A stretch of 64,000 bases of DNA, from positions 36,768,001-36,832,000 of the forward strand of contig NW_024704743.1 in the NCBI RefSeq assembly GCF_018977255.1, in the 5' to 3' direction. Within the stretch, counting starts at the first letter, position 1. Each line of letters begins with the position of its first letter. Made by a program: the position numbers and the translations under genes. This document shows positions 13,558-25,834 of this stretch, one piece after another. Under the pieces are notes generated by a model, which did no database searches, was not told the origin of the DNA, and saw only the letters and a program-made list of their open reading frames with translations. Origin of the DNA: Callorhinchus milii (lineage: Eukaryota).

Positions 13558-14202
13558 CAGTGGAGGCTGCTTCATTTCGGACGCCGGTTAGCCTCAGACG
13601 CTGGCTAATTTGGACAAGACTCCAGATCACGGTTTGTTTGTATTGTAAGCTATTTTACATATGCGGGTTAATTTGGACATTGCTGAGCTGTTGGTCACCG
13701 CTGTGTCAATTCACTCGTTCATTCTGTGCAGGTCAGTCTCGAGCGGCTCCATTCAGACTCCATCCGTTCACGAGCGGCACTGAGGTGTCAATCAATGAGG
13801 GGGCGGGAGGAACAGGAAAGAAGCGAGGGAGGGAATGGAGATGTGAGAGGTCAAATTGACAGCGGACTCCATCCATTCAGGAGCGGCTCCAGGTTGTCAA
13901 TCAGCAGCAACCAGTGTGGGGGGGGGAGGCCAGTGACTGCATCTGGTGGCTGGGAGGGGATCAGTTAGCGGCAGCTCCGAGGTGTCGATCACTGATGAGT
14001 GAGGCAGGACGTGACCAATGGGATGGGGTGGAGGAGGCACCAATGCTGCTCCTCTGTTTGGCAGGAAGGGAAGAGATGACAACAGTAGAAGTTAGCACTT
14101 TTTTAAAAAAAAAGTAATTAGTAACTTCAGTTAACTGCAGACACTGGTTAAATCGAACAAAACACCCTGCTCCAACATGTCCAGCTTAAGTGACTTCCAC
14201 TG
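13558..14202. mobile_element. Tigger/pogo-like non-autonomous DNA transposon (MITE)
   Basis: Imperfect TIRs CAGTGGAGGCTGCTTCATTTCGGAC and (rc) CAGTGGAAGTCACTTAAGCTGGAC; TA after the right end; internal GC-rich repeats. Confidence 0.55.
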
Positions 14203-17186
14203 TATTCCACTTTTGAGACCAAATAAAACCATGTCACATATTTTTGCAGCTTTATAGTCAACGTTATTCACACATTTATGGTGTTTGCATGTAACAGTTT
14301 ATGATGGGTTTACATGATCCTGCCTGCTGCTCAAAGAGAATATTTGTTTTGGTTCAGCTCAAGCCAACAGGAATGGAACCCAGAGGACCCACTGTGAAAA
14401 CTCAAACCAGTAATAGATGTTTTTTCTTTGGTACAAATCAGTCCACTGCCTCATACAATCCTTGCATTTGATATGACACCTTATCACATCGTCAGGACGT
14501 CTCGAAGAGCTTCACAGGATATACTGTAAAGTGGTGTGAGTTTGTGTGTTTTGCGAGTGAAATGGGCAGGCAATTTGTGTATGACAATGGCCCACAACAG
14601 TCATGAAGTGTTGATCTGGACACTAGGAGAAACTCCCTTCTCTTTTCGAATAGTGCCGTAGGGATCTTTAATGTCCATCTGAACCAGGCAGACGGTCGAG
14701 GCCAGCATTTGGACCTTGCAATCCTTGCAATTGCACAAGACCCCGAGCCAGATGGGCCCCGAGCAGATCCAGTGATAAAATTTAGTGTCATCATCTAGTA
14801 AATGTAGGGGCTCCAAACTGAACCTTTGCAAAGGCCCCTCGCAAGGCAACCACCGTCTCTACAAACAAGACCTTGGCTTAAAGTCTCATCCAAAGAATGG
14901 CACCTCCACCCTCCCTCCCTCCTAGCTTGGACTCCCCTCCATCTCTACAAACCACGTGAAAGATGCTATATAAGTGCTAATTGTTGTTGCTGTTGTGTAA
15001 TGAGACTATTCTACAACAACATTACACTTATATAGCGCCTTTCACATAGGGAGGACGTCCCAATTCAATGGAAGTCCAGCTTTCCATTCCCTTTACTAAT
15101 ACATTGGGTTAGAATGACTATCTAAATGGCATCTGCAGAAATGGATCGTACCATGACTAGCACAAGTGCAGCTAAATCCTTTTTTATCCTTCAGTAGTGT
15201 GGACCACTCTCAGTGCCAGGGTTTCCTCACTACCAATGGAATTAGAGACCTTCCACCCTGTGGTTGACGTTAATCAAGGAATCAGTCAAATGATGGATTT
15301 CACATTAGTTATTTTTGTAAAAAAAATAAAAAGGACCATCAATAATCCATGCATCATCTAATGCAACTTGTCCCAACCTGTGACCAGTCAGACAGAATAA
15401 ACTACAGCTTGCAAATTGTATTTAATTAAGATCACAGAAGAGGTCCAAGCCCATTGCTTTTTTGGAATGAGCCATTGACATCCACATATCGTGCGCCATT
15501 AACTGTTTTGTTAGCACTCCAGCTGCCTTGCATAGCCTGTGGCTCATGCAGGTGTGGAGGCAGAATCAGTGAATATTTACATAAGCAGCATGCAAACACT
15601 ACCTGTGAGATTAATGCCCCGTGTAGATTCTAGGATCAAACAAAACTGGCCCTGGGGCTACTGGTGCTGGGATCCTCTTCCATTAACATTGCGAAAGGAA
15701 AATCCAAGTCACCGGCGACACCATAGAAAGCAATGTGCCTGTGCACACTTAGCATGAATAATGGTCTCTAAATTCAAACCCATAACTGTTTTTCTAACCA
15801 GGACTCTTCCACAACTCAGGGGACGCTCTATATAGGCCGGCAGTGCAGAAAAAAATATTGCTGGTCAGTGTAGGGCCCTGGGCAACAATGCAAGGTTGCC
15901 TGCCCACTGCCATCAGCAGCAGGGCTTAGAGTTTTCCTTTTCAGCCCATTTGCTATTTCCTCTGATGTAAACCCACCTCTGGTCCAGTCTCTGAAGGCAA
16001 CAGTGTCACCTCTTTTATATTGCACCAGATGCAGTTAATTGCGGTGCGGTCAATGCCAATACTGCATTAGAATTGGGGTAAAAAGTTACTTTTTGAATCT
16101 TCACCTCTGAGCATTGCCTTCGAGTCAGAAGATTGTTGGAACGTGAAACTGATTTAGTCCATCCCGACACTCCAAAGCTATCCTTTAGATGAAACATTAA
16201 ACGTACATTCTGACTGCTAGTTCAGGTGGACTTTAAAGACTGCATGGCACGAGACGAAAGGAAAAGAGTTTCTCCTGGTGTCCTGGCCAACAATACCCAG
16301 ATAAAATTAGTCACCGACTTCATGGCTGTTTGTGGGTCATTGCTGTGTGCAAATTGCCTGCCACTTTTGCCCATAACATGTACAATCACTCCAGTTTGCA
16401 GTATATCCTATGAAGCTCCTTGAGATGTCCTCCCTACATGAAAGGTGCTTATATTAACTGTAAGGATTATTATCTTTTTGTTTGCATATTTAATTTCCCC
16501 TCCTTCCCTTGTTGAATCTTGCAGTGATCCACGTTCATGGTTCTAGCCATCCTCCAGTACTTTGCTCAGTTGTCATTTGAACTTAGACTGTGAATGATGG
16601 CAAGCTATTTAACTGTTGAGGCCATCGCTGTCGAATCTTGCCCTGTCCTCACCTGACGTCCACAAACCTGCTCTTTACAGCAGAAGTCACTGAATAGCGA
16701 TTGGGACTGGAGAAGGGTGAGAACGTCGGCTTTTTTCATATGTGATAAATAGTTCCTGGAGCCAAGCCAAGATTCAGTATTTTCAGGAGAGGACAATTTT
16801 TTTTAAAAAAAGACTTGTTTTATTTCTTGCTTAAAAGCATGTATGACACCTTTGTTCACTTTGCTTCATAATGAAAAATTTCTTGCGGTTATGAAACTAC
16901 TTTGAAATCCTCAATTTGTTAGCACGCAGGTCAGCAATTCTTACTTATCGGAATTGGCTGTTGGAGAAAAAGCTTGATTGTATTTTTGTAAGACATAGAT
17001 AAGTGAAATGCCATAAATTGAAAGTTAGCTAATTATGAATTGATATATTTTACCCATCCAAGAAATCCTGGGAAATGCGTTTCTCACTATCTTCTGCTGA
17101 CATTTTTCACCACCTGCTGGGACTCATTTGTATCTCAAAGGAATAACCGCTGCAAGATTCTTTTTCATTTCTGTTTTCTCATTAAG

Positions 17187-17285
17187 GCACAGAAATCAGG
17201 CTCGGGAGAGGACACCCAGGCTGCCGAAAACCTTCTGCTTATCAATAAACCCCTGACAGACTTAATTAGTCTGCTTATTCACCTG
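17187..17285 (+). CDS. ULK4: ULK4 internal coding exon
   Basis: tttctcattaag|GCA...CTG|gtaaga; 99 nt, phase 0-0; AQKSGSGEDTQAAENLLLINKPLTDLISLLIHL, nearly identical to recalled ULK4 AQKSGSGEDTQAAEDLLLLNRPLTDLISLLIPL. Confidence 0.96.
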
Positions 17286-19066
17286 GTAAGAATTCACTGC
17301 ATTTCTACATTGAGAGAGTGTTAGCACTTGCCCACTAGACGTCCTTTACAGGTTGAATGAACAGGAATTTTTATGGGTAGAATATTTTCAGGTGATGAAG
17401 CAACAGCATTGCTCGCACATTGTTTTTTTGGCGGCACCTGGAAATCGATTGTCAAAATAATTCGAATGATGCATTTGCATCTTCTGGTGTAAACCTTCTC
17501 AACAAGCTTTTTTCGGGTCTAAAGTAAAATCCAATGGTTCGATCTTGGTTTCGCACTGAAACAGGTACATTGAAAGAATGTTCCAACACTGCTCTGCTCT
17601 GGGATCATTCCCAGCAACCCTCAATGTCTCCAGGCAACGAGACACCAACATGGTGAGGACTGCAACTTCTAATGTCATCCTGCTGGCACCAGTCCAACAT
17701 CCAGGCTTCCACACAGTCTTGGCCACAATTATTTTATCATATTGATGTGTAATTTTATCTAAGCTGTGACTCCAATTTAAACAGGGCAGCTCAGATCATT
17801 CTTCCTTTAGTACTTAGAGTAAATAATGAGTCACTCAATTTATCCACCAGAATAGGTTTTTGACACCTCCTGAAATTGATATAAAAATTATACAGTACTT
17901 AATAGCATTGTCTTTTTTTGCTCTCCTCTGAAAGCAGTGATTCATACTGGGAGAAAGTTTCACTGCTTCCAGCAGTCACAAGGTGCCTTGCCCCAGTGGC
18001 CTTTTTAATGTTGGTGTGCACTAATTGTTGGCAAGCAGTCCAACCGAGAAGGTCTTTTGCAGCTAAAGCAAATCGTATGCTGTTCCAGCAAGGTGACTGG
18101 ATAGCGATCAAGAGTAAAAAAAACCTTGCTGGCTATGGGGCATTGAGACCTGTTCTGAAGAACGTAAAAATCCTGTGCCACTATTTGAAAAGAGAGAGTT
18201 TCTCCTGGTGTCTTGGCCAACAATCCCCAAAATAAAATTGGTCATTCACTTCATTGTGGGAGATTGCTTTTTAGTCTATTTCCCTTCGTAGCTTGTACCA
18301 TTCACAAGATTCAGATGCAAGAAACATTGAGCATTCTCTTGACCCCCTTAAAGATCAAGAAAAGCATACCTTTTGGAAATTCTGGCCCTCAGCATCAACT
18401 GGCCCAGCAAGAGTTTGTACACTGTGTACCTGCTGTCTTGGACACACAGTCACTCGCATATATCCTTCTCCACCTTGGCAGTGCAGTTCATTGTCAGTGT
18501 GAGGTAAATATCTCTGTTCCTCCCCTCTCATGTTTAACTTGTCATGTCATGATTTAAAAGACTCCCATAAATGCTTCTGTTAAGCCGTAAAGGTGATCTT
18601 TTATGGTTTAGACCAATGCTGTTTGGGATAAGGTTTGGGACAGCTTTGGAGATGATGGTTTGCAATGATCTAATTTGTTGGAAGCCAAATGCTCTGGGAC
18701 TCTCCTAATGACTATTCAGTAAATAGCTGAACAACATGGTCCAAGCAGGTTCCAGATTCATTACCCAGTTGGTGCTAAGTTAGTCAAATTGAGCCTTGGT
18801 GAGGCCGAGCTACAATTGCCCTCAATGTGCTGGGATAGGGAGGGGGAATCAGCTGGAGCTGGACAAGGTATTGAAGACCACTTGGCATCAATAACACTGT
18901 AATTCCATTAAAACAAAAAATGGCTCAGATGTTTTCAGGAACAAATTAGAAATACAAAAAATTGGCCAGGGGTAATTATTTTTTTCTGACAGATATTTAT
19001 GCAAGAGTTCATTCAAGTTGCAGTTATTTTTGTATCTGTATCATAATCAATGCTATTAACTTGCAG

Positions 19067-19252
19067 CTCGCCAGTGATGATCCAGATGTGTTTGAAGGCT
19101 CAACTCAGTGTCTCTCACTCATGGTGCAGCTGTATGGTGGAGAAAACCAAGACAGTATGTCGCCAGAAAATATTGAATCTTTTGCAGATGCATTGATATC
19201 TAGACAGGATCCAAAACAGCAGAAACTTCTACTCAGGATTATCAAAAGATTG
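19067..19252 (+). CDS. ULK4: ULK4 internal coding exon
   Basis: ttgcag|CTC...TTG|gtgagt; 186 nt, phase 0-0; LASDDPDVFEGSTQCLSLMVQLYGGENQDSMSPENIESFADALISRQDPKQQKLLLRIIKRL (ULK4 VQLYGGEN...DPKEQKLLLRIL motif). Confidence 0.96.
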
Positions 19253-20197
19253 GTGAGTAAGGAATGTTACAATTACTTAATAGCTATGAGAGGAGATTAA
19301 ATACTGGAATTGCTAATTTCTCACTCTTTTAACAGATTATTGAATCTGTTTCCACCAACCTTTCAGGCAGTGCATTCAGATCAATAAGTATTTTATATCA
19401 TTCATTTTGTCACCTCCGAACTTGATTTCCGCAATGCCCAGCCTTCCCAGTTGGAAGTCAAGCCTTCAGCCTCCTTGCGCCTTTCTCAGGAACTCTCTCC
19501 CTAAATCTTTCAACCTTCCTCTCTGCTTTCAACAATATTCCTTTTTGGCTGCACCTTCAGTCATCTCCTTTCGATTCCCCTATTTCCCTCTTTGCTCGGG
19601 CTCCCACTCTCTCTTGTAAATTTCTTTGACACATTTAATTAGGTGAAAGGCACGATGTAAGTCATTTTTGTTATAAAGCACTAAATGGAAAATACCACTC
19701 CCAACCTTTGAAGAACCTTATAATGGTGCATAACTACTGGGTGTGTATTAATGGAAAACTCACTCTTAATAACGTTAGTAGGAGGTTGGTTGCTTGATAA
19801 AGTGGTTAAAGATCACTTCCACTACTTGCTATTTCAGAGACCATAGAAAATAGGCATTTCTGTCATCCTGCTTCCAGAGTAATTGTCTCCTTTTTTCTAA
19901 CCAGGATATTTTCTCTAACAAGGAGGTGAAAATCCCTATATAAATGTAAATTGTATTTTCATACCTAAGCAAATAATTGGGGGGGAAAAATCATTCCCCC
20001 TTCCCTCAGACTCTGTGGTTCCTTCAGATCACCCAGACGATATGGAGTTACAGTGAGAGAGACTGTGTTTAGCCAAAGTGTTCTAATCATGCCTGATTTT
20101 CATACTTATTAACAATCTTAACAGGGAGAATCTCCTGTCCAAAGGAAGACCAACATTGATGACTTTGATTGGTAGAACATAGAACAGAAATGGATAC

Positions 20198-20398
20198 AAT
20201 AATAATCCCTCCAAAACAATAATAAAATTGGTCATTTCCAATCTACGACTATTTGTGGGACATTGCTGTGCGCAATTGGCTGCCGCGTTCGCCCACAAAT
20301 ATACAGTCAATTTACTTTACAGTATATTCTATGAAGCGCTTTTAGACGTCTAGAAGACGTGAAAAGCGCTATATCAAATGCAAGGATTATTATTATTA
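20198..20398 (+). mobile_element. Deu-domain SINE, 5'-truncated
   Basis: tttgtgggacattgctgtgcgcaattggctgccgcgttcgccc core, L2-like tail, (ATT)n. Confidence 0.9.
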
Positions 20399-21284
20399 CA
20401 AAGTACATGGGCTAAGAGTTTAGATGATAAGTCAAAATAATCCTCAAAAAAGTTTTTTTTAAACCCATATAAGAGTGCATACAACAATCAGATTGTTTCT
20501 CTTATCAGTACCTGAAAGTACATTAGATTTGTTTTATATTCAGACTTCTAATCATTCTGGTTAATCAGAACTTATTTCAGATGTTATTTGCAAATTAATT
20601 TACTTCTGTAGTGAACCATTCCTTGACAACACACTTTCTGAATGATTAATGATATCTTGCCATTCTATAAGGTCATTGTGCTTCACTGAGAATCTAACCT
20701 AGTTGTGTAAGCTTGTGTGTCCAAAATTTGAGCTAATTACCTAAAGTACATTATTCTTATTAAACGTTGCCTGGATGGTAGCAGTTGCTTTATCAAAGAG
20801 AGATTGTGAATTTAAAGGCATTTGAACTATCAATTCTCCGGATATTTAGGTATACCTCTTCAGATTCTAGGCAGTAGGTCGTAGTGTGTCAAACTGCTGC
20901 ATTAAAAATTGGGAACTGTTTTGTTAAGTCCTTTGTAAAGGAGATGGACATTGCTCTCCCAGTTGTTCAGTCGGTAAATTGAAAAAGGGGAAACTGCCAT
21001 AGAGACCTAAGGGCCTTCTATTTGAAACCTCTGCTATGCTGATAACTGAAACAATGAGAGACGTGCCACAATTAGCACGCAGTAAGGGTGAGAATCGGCC
21101 TGGCCTTTCCTGATCCTGATCACTATCAAATGAACCCTGATGGAAAGTACTGTTGGGTACAGATGATTAAATATCTGTGCAACGCCATGATTCCATGATG
21201 GTGAATTATAATTGACAGAGAATATGTAATGCTGGATGTGTCATTTGTATAGTACAAACTGCAAGTCATAAATAGTGACTAGAG

Positions 21285-22100
21285 CTAGGCAAGGACGGGA
21301 GTGATCGGCTTGTGGAGCCGAGTGAGAGAGAGGATATGAGGTGCAGAATTCTCATGGTCTGCAGCTTGTGGATGGAAGGGTTGGGAAGTCTATCAAGCAG
21401 AGAGTTGGCATAGTCAAGCCCGGACCTGATAAAAGTATAGATAAAGAGTCTCAGCGGCCTGAGAGGAGAGCTTGTGCGGAGGAATGCAATTTCATGGAAG
21501 TGGTGGTAGGGGAAGCTGAAAGGGTTAAGAAGGATGGTTGAGTCGAACAAGATACCAAGGTTCCATACTGGCTCAGTGAGCTGGATTGTGCATCCATATA
21601 GATTGATGTTGTGAGTGCCTAAGGTGAGAAAGCGCAGACAGGAGCCAAGCAGGAGGGCCTCGGTCTTGTCAACATTCAATTGGAGAAAGTTAGCTCTCAT
21701 CCAGGACTTGATGTCCAACAGGCCTTCAATCAGAACAGCAGTGGTCCTGGAATCAAGGGTGGAGACGGAGAGACAGAGTTGGGTGTCATCCACATACAAG
21801 TGGAAGCTAACCCTGTGTCTGAGGATGACATCGCCATAGGCCAGCATATAGATATTAAACAGGAGAGGCCCAAGGATAGAGTCCTGAGGAACTCCACACA
21901 TAACAGTGTGGGAAGAGAAGCTGTTGGCAGATATGAATTGGAGACATTGGGATAGGTAAGAATGAAAGCAGTCAAGGACAGAACAGTGATGGTGGGTGGA
22001 ATTGAGAGGAGAGTCAATGGCAAAGAATAGAATGGGTGACACTGTCGAAGGAGGCAGAGAGAGCCCTGGTCACAGATGGAGAAAATGTCACTTATGACAC
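21285..22100 (-). mobile_element. L2-clade LINE RT fragment
   Basis: ORF 21266-22042(-): GVPQDSILGPLLFNIYM, YVDDTQL, LQLNVDKTEALL, LDYANSLL. Confidence 0.93.
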
Positions 22101-22727
22101 ATTGTCACAGTTCTGGAATGTACTATTTTTATTTATGCCTTCTAATGAAATGTTGGTTTTCCTCTAATGATTCAAAGTAAACCTGTGTGTTTGCAGTCCA
22201 TGCACAGTGATTTTATGCCTTGATTGGCAAAGGTGGATCCCAGCACCTAACATTAAGATTTATTTTACCTAGTTGCTGCTAAGCAACCCTAAACTATCAC
22301 TCTATCAAGTTCTGAAATAATTGCAATGCAACATCCAACAGTCGCTCTGCAAATCTCTGAAATAATTGCAGTGTAAGTTATGTTTGCAGCACTTAATGCA
22401 AGGTTCCATTATTGCGTATTTCAAATAGGGACGGACTCTCCTTCCCAGACAGCTGGCTGGATAGATAATCGCTATCATTTTAAAAATGAGCTAACTTTAT
22501 CTACTCTGTAGAAATTCAGGATAAAACCACAGATTGTCATCTCTTCATCACCATCAAAAAGTAGCACAATATTTTAAGAAGAGTAGTTTATTGAAGCGTT
22601 AAAATAGTTAAACACTGTGTAAATCTTCTTTTCTCCATGATTAACCCTATTTATGATGCCTTGTGCAGATTGATGCAGTACAGTTCATTCACTGCATAAT
22701 AAGGGAGTTGTTAAGACTTGGGAATAT

Positions 22728-22963
22728 TTGCATCCAGATGGCAAAGAGTAAAATATTTCTTGTATCATTTACCTTACAATTGCAGAGGGTCTTCTGTGCT
22801 TTACGGTTTAAGAGATCTTAAATATACATTTAATGTTATGAAAGTTGCATCCAGATGGCAAAGAGTAAAATATTTCTTGTATCATTTACCTTACAATTGC
22901 AGAGGGTCTTCTGTGCTTTACGGTTGAAGAGATCTTAAATATACATTTAATGTTATGAAAGTT
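22728..22963. repeat. 117-bp tandem duplication (2 copies)
   Basis: Units start at 22728 and 22845; one mismatch seen (ttta vs ttga). Confidence 0.95.
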
Positions 22964-23374
22964 CAACTACATTTTTAAAATACCACTCAACCATTTTCAT
23001 TAAGGTGTTAGGTTTCAGAAGTATAATATACTGTATTAAAGTTGCCATATTCCTTCACTGGATGGTCATCAAATATTTACATGTAATTGAGACAAGCTAC
23101 ATTGGCTGAGCCACATGCCTCTCTATGACCTTTAGAAAAAAGATACTTATGTCTAGCTGTTGAATTGTGAGACCATTAAAATTCCATCCTACATAATAAT
23201 CTGTTTTACTTCCTTCTGGTTTCTAGGGAGGGTTAGGTTGTTTTTACACATAATTTGATGGAAAAAGGATTAGTAGGGAAGAGCATTGGAAATCCTTGCA
23301 TTTTTTATTTTTTACACGCAGTGCTGCTTATGTGTGTGTGTATACCTGTCCTTTGCTTTAGTAATAATAATATT

Positions 23375-23722
23375 AATAATCATTACACTTGATATAGCAC
23401 CTTATTACATTGTCAAAGCATCTCAAAGCTCTTCACAGTGTAGTAGCTGTCTATACAAACAAACATGAAGTGAATTACCAATTTTATATGGGGACTTATT
23501 GACCAGGACACTGGGAGACACTCCTATCTCTTTTCAAATAGTACCATGAAATCTTTATTGTCCACCAAAACAGGCAGACAAGAGCTCTGTTTAACATCAC
23601 ATCCTGAGGACCCAGCTCTGACAAAGGTATTGCTTCCCCACTATTGTATTGGAGTATCAGCCAAAGGTCTTGAACCCACAACCTCTGATTCAGAGGCAAG
23701 AGTGCTACCAACTGCTCCACAT
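23375..23722 (-). mobile_element. Old Deu-domain SINE (long form)
   Basis: Head gagcagttggtagcactcttgcctctgaatcagaggttgtgggttcaag on the minus strand; Deu-like body. Confidence 0.7.
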
Positions 23723-23804
23723 GGCCATAAGTTTAGTGAAACGTTGATATATATATATACACTTATTTAATTATATTATACATTTATATTCCCATTATCA
23801 GCGC

Positions 23805-24160
23805 ACATCGTCAAAAACGCAATTTGTTCCTTACCTCTCCAACCTCCTCACATCCCAATCCACCACCCAGCTCCTCCACTCGACTGGCACCAGCCTCCTA
23901 CTTGTCCCTCACACCTTCCGCTCCACCATTCGAGATCGCACTTTCAGCCACTACGCCCCAAAACTATGGAACACTCCCTCAATCCCTCCACCTTGCACCT
24001 CTCTCCCCTTTTTCAAGTCCCACCTGAAAACCTTCCTTTTCGACCGTGCTTACGGTCACCTCCCCACTCCCCGATTGGGAGTCAGGTTCTGCCACTGGTA
24101 AGCACTCTGAGACGCTACCCTTCGTGGTGAGCGCTATATAAGTGCAAGTTGTTGTTGTTG
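23805..24160 (+). mobile_element. L2 LINE 3' end
   Basis: ..cacctgaaaaccttccttttcgac.., tail gcgctatataagtgcaagttgttgttgttg. Confidence 0.8.
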
Positions 24161-25514
24161 TAAACGTATCTCCACAAAGAGCAACACCCCCCAACACACA
24201 CACACATACAAACAAGTCAGCTTGATTCAGATAATAGCACTCCTGGCTCTGGGTCAGAATGTTGTGGGTTTGAGAATAATATCAGGACGTGAGCTCATAG
24301 TCTAAGCTGTAATGTTAGAAGTAACATTCTTTGGATAAGATGTTAATTCAAGATCCTGTCTGTTTGTTCAAGTGGAATTAAACAATCCTCTGGCATTTCT
24401 TCAAAGAACATCAGAAAGTTCTTCCGATGTTTTGGACAATATTTCTGCCTCATCTAAATTCACAAATACATTTTGATTAATTGGTCATTGATTTGATTGC
24501 TGTTTGTGGGACATTGTTGACACATAACAGCTGTCGACCTAGGCCTGTCAAGCTCCTTGAGACATCCTCCTAACTTGAAAAGAACTACATAAATGTAAAG
24601 TTGTATGTTTGCCTATTTAATAAATCACTACACTAACAAAAGTATTTCCATAGTGTAACCGTTTCAGCTAGCATTTAGTATAGTACTTCTCCACTGGTGG
24701 GAAAGGTTAAGACAAAATAGTTTTATAAAAGCAATTTAGAAAGGTGATGCTCAATATGCATAGGTAAACTGAGCTGTCACATGCCAAGTTAAGCTGAAAC
24801 ATGCCAAGTTTCTCAAACGTCTTCCATGGTTATTTTTTCTTGGGAAGATTGAATAATGTTGAAAGATTGCAAAGTTTAGATTTCTTCAAATGCTGGAAAG
24901 ACATTGCAGGTCAATAATAATAATAATAATTCTTGCATTTGATAGAGCTCCTTATCACGTCAGCAAGATGTCTCAAAGCGCTTCACAGGATATACCGTAA
25001 AGTGCAGTGACTATATTTTGTAGGCGAAACGCGGCAGCCAATTGTGCACAGCAATGTCCCATAAACAGTCATGGATTAGGTGACCAAATTGTTATTATTT
25101 ATTTATTTTTCAACGCTTCATCAGAAAGCATAGTAACAGGAGTAAGCTGCTCAAACCATCCAGTGGGTTCCAGAACAGCACTCACAAATCTTTATAATAG
25201 GATCTAATATGGCTCCAATTGCATCAATGGCGGGTGACTATCTGCAAAAGTGACTGCATGATAAAAAGTGTTTATCAAAAAATTGTACCCTGATTCAGCT
25301 CAAACATAGGATCTTATCAAAGCCCAAGTCTTGCAGCTCAACGGAGGTACAAGAAGATTTAATAATAATAATAATCCTCGCATTCGATAGCGCATTATCA
25401 CGTTGTTGAGATGTCTCAAAGCTCTTCACAGAATATATTGTAAATCAAATTGAGTGTATATTTTGTGAGAGATTTGGTTTTACTGAATTCAACACTATTT
25501 GGAATGGGAAGGTC

Positions 25515-25834
25515 CTAAAGAGTGTTATAGCTACATCACCACAGTGTAGCTGTTACACAAATCTAGTGATGTAGACAGGATTTTCTTCAGGGAAGCTGAC
25601 ATGTATGTAATGCTGCTTACTTTTATCTGATACGCTGGAATTCTGTTTATCCTATCTATGTGACATCATCACCAATCAAATCAATGCCAAAATACTCACA
25701 AAATGGACACTTCCAGCTTGGAGCAGGTTTGCAGTTTTAAAGTGTGGAGCCAATTCCCTGAAGAAAATCTTGTTTACATCACCAGATGTTTTGTGGCAGC
25801 CGCGCAGCGGTGATGTAGCTAGAACGCTCTTTAG
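25515..25834. mobile_element. MITE-like element with ~80-bp inverted arms
   Basis: 25515-25594 is an imperfect reverse complement of 25754-25834. Confidence 0.75.

Noticed and set aside
22728..22963. CRISPR-like or coding repeat
   Set aside because: Plain two-copy tandem duplication without spacers in eukaryotic DNA
24772..24812. Two acatgccaagtt motifs resembling p53 half-sites
   Set aside because: Poor fit to RRRCWWGYYY x2; simple short tandem duplication
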